This document shows, piece by piece, positions 1 to 8,426 of a stretch of 64,000 bases of DNA. This DNA is from an uncultured Gemmatimonadaceae bacterium (lineage in GTDB: Bacteria; Gemmatimonadota; Gemmatimonadetes; Gemmatimonadales; Gemmatimonadaceae). The notes under the pieces are model-generated. The model had not been told where the DNA came from, did no database searches, and saw only the letters and a program-made list of their open reading frames with translations. Each line of letters starts with the position of its first letter. The first letter of the stretch is position 1. Position numbers and translations under genes: made by a program. The stretch is taken from the NCBI GenBank assembly GCA_963781585.1, contig CAWAGQ010000006.1:256001-320000 (forward strand), in the 5' to 3' direction.

Positions 1-2258
1 GAGGCCAACGCCAGCTCCACGGTTCGTGTCTCGTCAGGCGCCAATGTCACGCGCCGGAATCCGCGCAGGTCCTGTCGAGGTCGCGGCACGGCCGAGCCGA
101 GGTGCTGCACGTACAGCTGAACCACCTCATCACCGGTCCGCGTGCCGGTGTTGGTAACCCGGACGCGCACGGTGATGGTGTCGGTCGCGGCGAGCGTATC
201 GGCGCTGGTCGCCAGACTGTCGTACGCGAAAGTGGTGTAGCTCAGGCCATGCCCGAACGGATAGAGTGGCGGGCCGTCGAAGAACCGGTAGGTGCGGCCG
301 GCCATGTCGTAGTCGTCGAAGGGTGGAAGGTCATCGACGCTCCGGTAGAATGTCACCGGCAACCGGCCGCCGGGGTTGTAGTCACCGAACAGCACGTCGG
401 CGATGGCGGTGCCAGCGGCCTGTCCCGGATACCAGGCCTCGACGATCGCCGGGACGTGTTCCTGCGCCCAGTTCACGGCGAGCCCGCTTCCTGTGAGCAG
501 CACGAGCACGGTGGGCTTGCCGACGGCCACGATCCGTTCGAGAAGGCGCTCCTGCGGCGCCGGGAGGTCGAGGGTCGTGCGGTCGCCACCGTTGAATCCG
601 TCGATCTGAACCCGCATCTCTTCGCCTTCCAGACGACTCGTCAGGCCCAGGAAGAGGATGACCGCGTCGGACTGCTCGGCGGCGTGCACGGCTTCGGCCA
701 GGAGCGAGTCCGCGATCGCCGCCTGCAGGGAGGGTTGGGAGGCGGCTTGAGGTACGGCACGCGCCTGGCCGGCGCGTCCCTGCGCTGCGTTCGCCTGGCC
801 TGGCGGCGCCGTCGACGGACGTCCAGTCGGCGACGCGCGACCAGCCGGCGACGCTCCCGGCGGGGGCGGTGCGCCAGGCGGTGGCACGGTATCCACACCG
901 CTCATCCCCGGCGCGAGATCGGAGCCACGGGCGTAGAGCACGCGCGTCGCACTGCTCACTGCCTCGCGGATCCCTCCCAGCGGTGTGACAGGATCCGCCG
1001 GCATACCATTATAGTTGCCCAGCAGCATCTGCCACTGGTCGGCGTTGGGCCCGATCACGGCCAACGTACCGAGATCCTTATGGAGCGGCAGCAATCCGCC
1101 CTGGTTCTTGAGGAGCACGATCGACTCCCGCGCAACCTGTCGCGCGAGCGCGCGGTGTGCGGGCCGGTCGAGCACGCTGTAGGGGATCTGCGCCCAGCGG
1201 ACCCGGTCGGGGGGATCGAACATGCCGAGTCGGAAGCGCGCGAGAAAGAGCCGGGTGACCGAGGTATCGATCTCTGCTTCGGTGATCAGACCCTGGTGCA
1301 CCGCGTCGGCGAGATTGTTGAAGACACGCCCGCAATTGAGATCGGTGCCCGACATCACGGCGAGTGCGGCCGCCTGGGCGGCGGAGTCGACGACCTGATG
1401 GCGCTGGTAGATGTCGGCGATCGCGCCGCAGTCGGAGACCACGTAGCCCCGGAATCCCCACTCGCCGCGCAGGATGTCGCGGAGCAGCAGGTCGCTCCCG
1501 CACGCGGGCTTTCCGTATACCCGGTTGTACGCGCACATGAGCGACTGCGCGCCGCCTTCGCGAATGCCGGCCTCGAAGTGCGGGAGATAGCTCTCGCGGA
1601 GGTCGCGCTCGCTCACCACCGCGTCGAACGTGTGGCGCTCGGGTTCGGGACCGCTGTGGACGGCGAAGTGCTTGACCGTGGAGACGGTCTTGAGGTATGT
1701 GGGATCGTCACCCTGCATCCCGCGGATGAACTGCACCGCCATGCGTCCAGTGAGAAACGGATCCTCGCCGTACGTTTCCTGGCCGCGCCCCCAGCGCGGA
1801 TCGCGAAAGAGGTTGATGTTGGGCGACCAGAAGGTGAGCCCGCCGTATCGCGGACTGCGGCCGTTGCGGACGTTCTCCTGATACTTGGCGCGCGCCTCGT
1901 CGGAGACGACCGTCGCCATCCGGAACATCAGGGAGTCGTCGAACGTGGCGGCGAGGCCGATGGCCTGTGGAAACACCGTCGCTAGTCCGGAGCGTGCCAC
2001 GCCGTGCAGCGCTTCGTTCCACCAGTTGTACGCCGGCACGCCGAGTCGGTCGATCGCCGGCGCCACGTCCTTCATCTGCGAGACCTTTTCCTCGAGGGTC
2101 ATGCGCGAGACGAGGTCCTTTGCGCGCTGCTCGAAGGGAAGATCGGGGTTGCGGAAGTCGGGCGCCTGCGCGTGCGCCGTCAAGGTGGCGATGCCGGAGA
2201 GAACCGATATGGCGATCGCGCGGACCGCGGAGGGCAAAGGCACGGGCAGGAACGGCAC
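1..2258 (-). CDS. Glycoside hydrolase family 3 (beta-glucosidase/xylosidase, BglX-like), secreted; 3' end runs off the window
   Basis: Manual minus-strand translation (absent from the ORF track because it is open-ended): DLVSRMTLEEK, WWNEALHG, FPQAIGLAATFD, WSPNINLFRDPRWGRGQETYGEDP, KHFAVH, GYVVSDCGA, AWYPGQAAG, PLYPFGHGLSY, Fn3-like tail. The first in-frame GTG after a TGA is at 2258. Confidence 0.95.
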   Translation of the reverse strand, partial: MPFLPVPLPSAVRAIAISVLSGIATLTAHAQAPDFRNPDLPFEQRAKDLVSRMTLEEKVSQMKDVAPAIDRLGVPAYNWWNEALHGVARSGLATVFPQAIGLAATFDDSLMFRMATVVSDEARAKYQENVRNGRSPRYGGLTFWSPNINLFRDPRWGRGQETYGEDPFLTGRMAVQFIRGMQGDDPTYLKTVSTVKHFAVHSGPEPERHTFDAVVSERDLRESYLPHFEAGIREGGAQSLMCAYNRVYGKPACGSDLLLRDILRGEWGFRGYVVSDCGAIADIYQRHQVVDSAAQAAALAVMSGTDLNCGRVFNNLADAVHQGLITEAEIDTSVTRLFLARFRLGMFDPPDRVRWAQIPYSVLDRPAHRALARQVARESIVLLKNQGGLLPLHKDLGTLAVIGPNADQWQMLLGNYNGMPADPVTPLGGIREAVSSATRVLYARGSDLAPGMSGVDTVPPPGAPPPPGASPAGRASPTGRPSTAPPGQANAAQGRAGQARAVPQAASQPSLQAAIADSLLAEAVHAAEQSDAVILFLGLTSRLEGEEMRVQIDGFNGGDRTTLDLPAPQERLLERIVAVGKPTVLVLLTGSGLAVNWAQEHVPAIVEAWYPGQAAGTAIADVLFGDYNPGGRLPVTFYRSVDDLPPFDDYDMAGRTYRFFDGPPLYPFGHGLSYTTFAYDSLATSADTLAATDTITVRVRVTNTGTRTGDEVVQLYVQHLGSAVPRPRQDLRGFRRVTLAPDETRTVELALA

Positions 2259-2465
2259 AGCTCAACCATGTCGCGGCGTGCCCAGGACGGCAACCATGTC
2301 GCCGTGGCGAGTCCGACTCTCGGCTCGCGGAGGGCGGCGGGACCGAGCGGATTGGCGATGCCTTCCCCCTCGGGTCTCCCGAGGTGGTGCCGGCCGCCAT
2401 GTCCACACCCCTTACCACATTCAGGTCAGCGTTCCACCAACGCGCCACAACTCGTCCTGCCCTTG

Positions 2466-3773
2466 CTACTGGAGCCCGGGCGTGATCCGCAGCCGCACCA
2501 CTCCTGGCAGATCCTCTTCATCCCGGGTGATCGCCCAGAGAAGGTCGCCGTCTGCTTCGACGAGCGTGGTGCGCGGCGGGAGCATCACGCGTCCCAGGAA
2601 GCGGCCGTTGTCGGAAAAGACCTCCCACACGCCCGAGGATCGGTAGTGCCGGAGCGGCGGACCGTTCGGGCGGGAGGGAGGGAGCTGGTCGTCGGGGATG
2701 CGCTCCGACGGCGTCGCCGCCAGCGCCCAGATCCGGCCGTCCCGGGCGATGAACAGATTCGACATTGGAGCCTTGACTTCGGGGAGCGCGGGCCCCTGCC
2801 AGGTCCACGAGGGATTGGTGCGACGCATGACGGAGTAGATCCGCGCCTCTTCGTCCTTGCGGTCCTCCTCGGCCACCGGAATGCGCGGGTAGTCACGCTT
2901 GATCACCACCGGCCTGCCCTGCGTTCGCGCCAGGACGATCTCGTATTTCCCGCCGTGCGCGGCCACGAAGTACCCGTCCGGGTGCCATGCCCAATGGAAG
3001 TTCGGCGCGTACTGTGCCCCCGTTCCCGTCGATGCGCGTCCGTCGGGACTGGTCGAGACGTACGACGAGCGGGGAACATCGATCTCCGGAGGCAGGAGCG
3101 AGTCGCCTAACGGGATCGCCTCCGATGCCCGAATCGGGGCAGTGGTGGATTCGTCCGTCCGGAGTTTGACCAGCCCCAGGCGGCCGATCACTTCGCCCGC
3201 GCGGCGCATCCTGATCGGGCGCCGGAGGAAGAGAGCGCCGGAGCGGTCCGTCACCAGGCCGTGAGTGGTGCCGAAACCGGCCGGCGTGCGCCAGCTGGTG
3301 CGAAAATCGCCGCTCGCCGCAAACGACGAGACGCGCGCATTCTGCGGGTCCCAGATGGCGAGGCCCGTGTCGCTCGTCGCGACCATCCCGCCGTCGCCGT
3401 TGAATTCCCCCGGCCCTCCGCCTTTTCGTCCAATCGTCTTCAGCAGTTTGCCATCGGCCGCAAACAGAAAGAGCCGATTGGTCGGCGTATCGTAGACCCA
3501 CATCCTTCCCGCGCGATCCACGATGAAGTCGTAGACTTGCGTGAAGAGTAAGGTGTCGTCGACCCCCGGGGCGATCCGCAACTCCTCGGTCACGTGACGC
3601 ACGGCGCCGGCCGGAACGTCCCCCGCCACGTGGGCAATGATGGAATCACCGGTGGTGTCGAAGACGGTCACCAGGCCGGAGGGATCTGCGCCGCCCTTGG
3701 CGTCGGTGCCGGCGGAACACGCGCCAGCGAGCACGCACGCGGAAACGACTGCCAGCCGTAGCATCGATGGCAC
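2466..3773 (-). CDS. Lipoprotein with 6-bladed/NHL-like beta-propeller
   Basis: Lipobox LAGAC; 'VDRAGRMWVYD...TIGRKGGGPGEF' NHL-like repeats; C-terminal 'WEVFSDNGRFLGRV' typical of this family. Confidence 0.8.
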   Translation of the reverse strand: MPSMLRLAVVSACVLAGACSAGTDAKGGADPSGLVTVFDTTGDSIIAHVAGDVPAGAVRHVTEELRIAPGVDDTLLFTQVYDFIVDRAGRMWVYDTPTNRLFLFAADGKLLKTIGRKGGGPGEFNGDGGMVATSDTGLAIWDPQNARVSSFAASGDFRTSWRTPAGFGTTHGLVTDRSGALFLRRPIRMRRAGEVIGRLGLVKLRTDESTTAPIRASEAIPLGDSLLPPEIDVPRSSYVSTSPDGRASTGTGAQYAPNFHWAWHPDGYFVAAHGGKYEIVLARTQGRPVVIKRDYPRIPVAEEDRKDEEARIYSVMRRTNPSWTWQGPALPEVKAPMSNLFIARDGRIWALAATPSERIPDDQLPPSRPNGPPLRHYRSSGVWEVFSDNGRFLGRVMLPPRTTLVEADGDLLWAITRDEEDLPGVVRLRITPGLQ

Positions 3774-3791
3774 CGTGGTTCTCTCCCGGAG

Positions 3792-3886
3792 AATTGGGGT
3801 CAGACTCGAATTTCTGGGAAATTCGAGTCTGACCCCATTTTCAAAGGAAATTCGAGTCTGACCCCATTTTCGCGGACCCCATTTTC
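3792..3886. repeat. REP-like element: perfect 20-bp inverted repeat plus extra direct copies
   Basis: TGGGGTCAGACTCGAATTTC (3795-3814), TGG loop, GAAATTCGAGTCTGACCCCA (3818-3837); third copy at 3847-3866; partial copy at 3875-3886. Confidence 0.9.
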
Positions 3887-3890
3887 GCGC

Positions 3891-4187
3891 CTACCGCGTC
3901 GTTCCCGCCAGCTCTGTCAGATCGGTGAAGGTGGGACCTGCGTCGCACCGCGGATAGAGCACCTCGACGAACGCCTTCGTGTACGCCGATCCGCGATGTC
4001 GCTCTTCCGACGCGCTGTCGGGAAACTCCATGAGGTGCACGAAGGAGACGCCGTTTGGTGCACGGAAGGTTCTGTATTCGCTGTCCGGCTCGTGCTCCGC
4101 GACCGCGCTGACGAACTCGGCGATTGCCGCCTCCACCGTCGGCACTTCCGCTTTGCGCACCCGGTAGCGCACGAGCTTCACGATCAT
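3891..4187 (-). CDS. Antibiotic biosynthesis monooxygenase (ABM)-like dimeric alpha/beta barrel protein
   Basis: 98 aa MIVKLVRYRVRK...HEPDSEYRTF...FVHLMEFPDSASEERHRGSAYTKAF; real start is the ATG at 4187 inside the longer track ORF. Confidence 0.75.
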   Translation of the reverse strand: MIVKLVRYRVRKAEVPTVEAAIAEFVSAVAEHEPDSEYRTFRAPNGVSFVHLMEFPDSASEERHRGSAYTKAFVEVLYPRCDAGPTFTDLTELAGTTR

Positions 4188-4401
4188 GGGATGGCTCCGA
4201 TTGGGCCGGCCTCGCAGACTACTGCGTCCGGTCGCCCGGCGCCACTTCTTCTGGTGAGCCAGCGCACTGCCGGACTGTGATGAACGACACCTGATGGGCC
4301 GGCGGGACGCCTCGCGCGGCACAACCCGCCGGGCCTCGCGCGCCCGAAGCCAGCAGTTTCCGGAGTGGTGACAAATACTGTGGACAAACGTCCTCAGTAT
4401 T

Positions 4402-6249
4402 GTGAGCACGTCTCTGCACTTGTCGGAAATCACGTACTCGGGACGCGAGACGACCCGCGAGCACGCCGTGCTGAGCGGGACGTTCGCGGCATCCATGGAG
4501 CGGCTTGTCCGCATCGCCGCGAGCACGCTCTCGGTGCCCTCCACGCTCCTGGCATTGCTGGGGAGCGATCGGCGCTGCTTTGCCGCCGGGCGCTACTGGC
4601 ACGACTGGTACTCGCACGACACCGGCGCGTTGTTGCGTTCGGGCCTGCTGCAGCGGACGGTCGAGCAGGGTGGGACGCTGGCGGTGCGCGACGCCCGCAT
4701 CGCCGAGGGCGACCTGGTACTTCGTTCCGCCGCGCGCGAGCTCGACATCGTCAGCGTCGCCACGGTGACCCTGGCGCAGGCTGACGGGACGATGCTCGGG
4801 TTGCTCTGCGCCTTCGACGACAAACCCCGCGACTGGGTTCCGCGTGAGATCGCTCTGCTGGGTGAGTTCGCGCAGATGGCGTCGACCGAGCTGCATCTGC
4901 GCCGGGTCCTCACCGAGCGTGACGCGCGAGAGCAGCAACTGCAGCACGATTCGATGCACGATCCCCTGACCCGCCTCCCGAACCGCACGTTCTTCATGAA
5001 GCGGCTCGCCGACGCGACGAACCGGGCGCGGCGTGGCGATGACGGCATTTTCGCCGTGTTGTTCCTCGATCTCGATGACTTCAAGCTGGTGAACGATTCG
5101 ATGGGTCACCACGTGGGCGATCAGGTGCTGATCACGGTGGCGCGGCGGCTGGAGGAGTGCGTGCGGGGAGGTGACATCGTCGCCCGGCTGGGCGGCGACG
5201 AGTTCGCGATTCTGCTCGAGCGCGTGACCGACGTGCGTGACAGCGCGATGGTGGCGGATCGCGTGCAGCAGTCGCTGAACCAGCCCATGAACATCGGCGG
5301 CTATGAGCACGTGACCACCGCGAGTGTGGGTGTTGCCCTCAGTACGTCGGCTGCCGATCAGCCGGAGTACCTGCTGCGCAGCGCCGACATGGCGATGTAC
5401 CGGGCGAAGAACACCGGCCGGGCGCGCTTCGAGATGTTCGACCGGGCCATGCACGCCGAGGCGCTGACCCGACTCCAGCTCGAGACCGATCTCCGGCACG
5501 CAATCGAACGGGACGAGTTCTTCCTCCACTTTCAGCCGATCATCTCGCTCAAGGACGGCGGGATTACGGGGATCGAGGCGCTCGTTCGCTGGCGCCATCA
5601 CGACCGCGGTATCGTCTCTCCGGGCGTGTTCGTGCCGGTGGCCGAGGACACCGGGCTCATCGTGCCGCTGGGCCGTTGGGTCCTGCGTGAGGCCTGCCGG
5701 CAGGCGCGCGCTTGGCAGGAGCGCTACGAGGACGAAACACCGCTGACGGTGTCGGTGAATCTCTCGGTGCGCGAGTTCGCGCAGCCCGATCTCGTTCCCC
5801 AGGTGGCGGCGATCCTGAAGGAGACAGGGATGCCGGCCAACCGCCTGCAGCTCGAAATCACCGAGAGCGCCATCATCGGGCAGCAGCATCCGGCCATCTC
5901 GACTATTCAGGAGCTGCGTGCCCTTGGCCTGGCGATCCACCTGGACGACTTCGGCACGGGCTACTCGGCCCTCAGCTACCTGCACCGTCTGCCGCTCGAC
6001 GCGGTGAAGGTGGATCGCGCGTTCACGAGTTCGATCGATACGGAAGAGCGACCGCTGCACGTGGTTCGGGCGATCATCTCACTCGCCCACGCCATCGGGC
6101 TGGAAGTGATCGCGGAAGGCGTCGCGACCCCGCATCAGCTCGCGCTCCTGCGGTCGATGGAATGCGATCGGGGCCAGGGGTTCCTCTTCGCCCGCCCGGG
6201 ATCGCCGACGGACATGGAAGCTCTGCTTCGGAGCAAGCCGCGCTGGTAG
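4402..6249 (+). CDS. GAF-GGDEF-EAL diguanylate cyclase/phosphodiesterase
   Basis: GAF (LGLLCAFDDKPRDW), HDPLTRLPNR, DLDDFKLVND, ARLGGDEF, IEALVRW, LEITES, LDDFGTGYS, EGV. Start uncertain (4402 GTG or 4495 ATG). Confidence 0.95.
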   Translation: MSTSLHLSEITYSGRETTREHAVLSGTFAASMERLVRIAASTLSVPSTLLALLGSDRRCFAAGRYWHDWYSHDTGALLRSGLLQRTVEQGGTLAVRDARIAEGDLVLRSAARELDIVSVATVTLAQADGTMLGLLCAFDDKPRDWVPREIALLGEFAQMASTELHLRRVLTERDAREQQLQHDSMHDPLTRLPNRTFFMKRLADATNRARRGDDGIFAVLFLDLDDFKLVNDSMGHHVGDQVLITVARRLEECVRGGDIVARLGGDEFAILLERVTDVRDSAMVADRVQQSLNQPMNIGGYEHVTTASVGVALSTSAADQPEYLLRSADMAMYRAKNTGRARFEMFDRAMHAEALTRLQLETDLRHAIERDEFFLHFQPIISLKDGGITGIEALVRWRHHDRGIVSPGVFVPVAEDTGLIVPLGRWVLREACRQARAWQERYEDETPLTVSVNLSVREFAQPDLVPQVAAILKETGMPANRLQLEITESAIIGQQHPAISTIQELRALGLAIHLDDFGTGYSALSYLHRLPLDAVKVDRAFTSSIDTEERPLHVVRAIISLAHAIGLEVIAEGVATPHQLALLRSMECDRGQGFLFARPGSPTDMEALLRSKPRW

Positions 6250-6376
6250 GGCAACCGGGTGTCACCCGTGGCCTTAACTACCAGGTCGCGCACGTCGTCT
6301 CAAAGCGGCTCGGGGCCTTCTCTCGCTCTCATCCCTCCAGGGGACGGCCAGCGGATGCGGGGAACGGCGCGTACTG

Positions 6377-6467
6377 ACGGCAGCGATCAGCTGTCCGCTA
6401 TCAGCGGTCAGGAATGAGCGGACAGACGGCGGCTGTCCGCTATCAGCGGGGAGCCGTCGGCGGTCAG
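6377..6467. repeat. Degenerate 7-bp tandem array (consensus cNNNCAG)
   Basis: cgatcag ctgtccg ctatcag cggtcag gaatgag cggacag acggcgg ctgtccg ctatcag cggggag ccgtcgg cggtcag. Confidence 0.75.
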
Positions 6468-6477
6468 ACAGGAATGC

Positions 6478-8178
6478 ATGACCAAACGTGACGAACGGCG
6501 AGGAGCAACCGACGTACCCGCACCGCCCGTAGGGCGGCGCGAGTTTCTGCATTCGGCGGCGGCGCTCAGTGCCGCTTTCGCGGTGGGGTCGCGCTTTTCG
6601 CCAGTCTCCGGTCGCGCTTCCTCGATCCTCACCGGTCCTGGCCGACGACTTCCCGAAAGAAGCGCCGCGGAGCTCGGCTTGATCGAGATCACCATCGACC
6701 AGCTGCAGGAAGGGATGCGGTCGGGTCGCTTCACGGCCCGGTCGGTGACCGAGGCGTATCTCGGACGGATCGCGGACCTCGACCGCGCCGGTCCCAAGCT
6801 GCGGGCGGTGATCGAAACGAATCCCGACGCGCTCAGGATCGCCGATCAGATGGACGCGGAGCGAAAGGCGCGCGGGCCGCGGGGGCCCCTGCACGGGGTG
6901 CCGGTCCTGATCAAGGACGCGATGGATACGGCCGACCACATGCGCTCAACGGCCGGGTCGCTGGCGCTCGCCAACTCGTTCGCCCCTCGCGACGCCTTCA
7001 TCGTGCAGCGACTGCGGGCGGCGGGCGCGGTGATCCTGGGCAAGACCAATTTGAGCGAGTGGTCGAACTTCCGGTCCACGCATTCCGCGGCCGGTTGGAG
7101 CGCGCGAGGCGGCCTGACGAGAAATCCCTACGTCCTCGATCGCAGCGCCTGTGGGTCGAGCTCGGGAAGCGGGGCCGCGATTGCGGCCAACCTGGGCGCG
7201 ATCGGGATCGGGACCGAGACTGACGGCTCCATTGTCTGTCCGGCAAGCGCGAACGGGCTGGTTGCGGTCAAGCCGACGGTGGGTCTGTGGAGCCGGACCG
7301 GCCTTATTCCCGTGTCGTACTCGCAGGATACCGCGGGTCCGATGTGTCGGACAGTGCGGGACGCGGCGATCCTGCTCGGCGCGCTGGCCGGTGTGGATCC
7401 GGCCGACGCAGCGACATCGGGCGCCGCCGCACACGCGCAGACGGACTTCACGGCCACGCTCGATCGTGATGGTCTGCACGGGGTGAGACTGGGCCTGTTG
7501 CGCCAGAGCCTTCCTGACGAGTCGACGCTGGTGCACGTGATGGATCAGAGCATCGCGGCGTTGAGGGCCGCCGGCGCGGTGGTGATCGATCCGATCGACG
7601 CAGGCGCTGTGGAAGACATCGACCTGCCGGAACTCCAGGTGCTGCTGTACGAGTTCAAGGCGAGCATCAAGGAATACCTGGCGGCGCGCGGGCCCGGTGA
7701 ACGAAACAAGAGCCTGGCCGACCTGATCCGGTTCAACGTGGATCACCGAGATGTCGAGATGAAGTACTTCGGACAGGAGTGGTTCGAGATGGCGGAGCAG
7801 ACGACGGGGCTGTCGTCATCGGAGTACCTGACCGCCCTCGCGGACTGTCGCCGCCTGTCGCGTGCCGAGGGGCTCGACCGGATCCTGCAGAGGCACCAGG
7901 TCGATGCGATCGTGAGCCTCACCAGTGGTCCGGCATGGAGCTCGGACCTTGTGGATGGCGACCACAACACCATTGGGAGCTCCAGCCTGGCGGCGGTGTC
8001 GGGATACCCGTCGGTGACCGTGCCCGCCGGGTTCGTCTACGGGTTGCCGGTGGGGGTGTCGTTCATTGGCGGCGCGTGGAGCGAACAGAACCTCCTGCGC
8101 TACGCCTACGCCTTCGAGCGGGCGACCAAGGTCCGTCAGACGCCGCGGTTCCTGCCCACGATCAACCTGGACGGTTGA
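6478..8178 (+). CDS. Amidase (amidase-signature family) with Tat signal peptide
   Basis: GRREFL twin-arginine leader; GPLHGVPVLIKD, GKTNLSEW, CGSSSGS, GTETDGSIVCP. Confidence 0.93.
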   Translation: MTKRDERRGATDVPAPPVGRREFLHSAAALSAAFAVGSRFSPVSGRASSILTGPGRRLPERSAAELGLIEITIDQLQEGMRSGRFTARSVTEAYLGRIADLDRAGPKLRAVIETNPDALRIADQMDAERKARGPRGPLHGVPVLIKDAMDTADHMRSTAGSLALANSFAPRDAFIVQRLRAAGAVILGKTNLSEWSNFRSTHSAAGWSARGGLTRNPYVLDRSACGSSSGSGAAIAANLGAIGIGTETDGSIVCPASANGLVAVKPTVGLWSRTGLIPVSYSQDTAGPMCRTVRDAAILLGALAGVDPADAATSGAAAHAQTDFTATLDRDGLHGVRLGLLRQSLPDESTLVHVMDQSIAALRAAGAVVIDPIDAGAVEDIDLPELQVLLYEFKASIKEYLAARGPGERNKSLADLIRFNVDHRDVEMKYFGQEWFEMAEQTTGLSSSEYLTALADCRRLSRAEGLDRILQRHQVDAIVSLTSGPAWSSDLVDGDHNTIGSSSLAAVSGYPSVTVPAGFVYGLPVGVSFIGGAWSEQNLLRYAYAFERATKVRQTPRFLPTINLDG

Positions 8179-8203
8179 CGGCCGGGCGGCCGGAGTTCCC
8201 GGC

Positions 8204-8257
8204 AATTGGGGTCAGACTCGAATTTCCGGTAATTGGGATCAGACTCGAATTTCCGGT
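8204..8257. repeat. Two tandem 27-bp copies of the same REP-like unit as at 3792-3886
   Basis: AATTGGGGTCAGACTCGAATTTCCGGT and AATTGGGATCAGACTCGAATTTCCGGT. Confidence 0.9.
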
Positions 8258-8426
8258 AGCAGGCGTCACACTCCAGTGACCGGGAGCCGCTGGACGCGCT
8301 GACCACGGATTTCGAACCCCTGAAGCGGTCCCGTCGCAGGTCCTGCGAGGTGCGGCAAGTCACGAGGCGTCATCGGGTTCCGAAGCGTGACGGTGGCCGG
8401 GTTGCGCCAGTCACTTACCAGAACCA

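Noticed and set aside
102..1985. 627-aa plus-strand ORF
   Set aside because: Antisense shadow of the minus-strand GH3 gene, which carries all the family motifs.
8300..8426. Possible c-di-GMP riboswitch upstream of the diguanylate cyclase
   Set aside because: The 3' part is vaguely similar, but the GGCAAA..GAAA..GACGCAAA core is absent.
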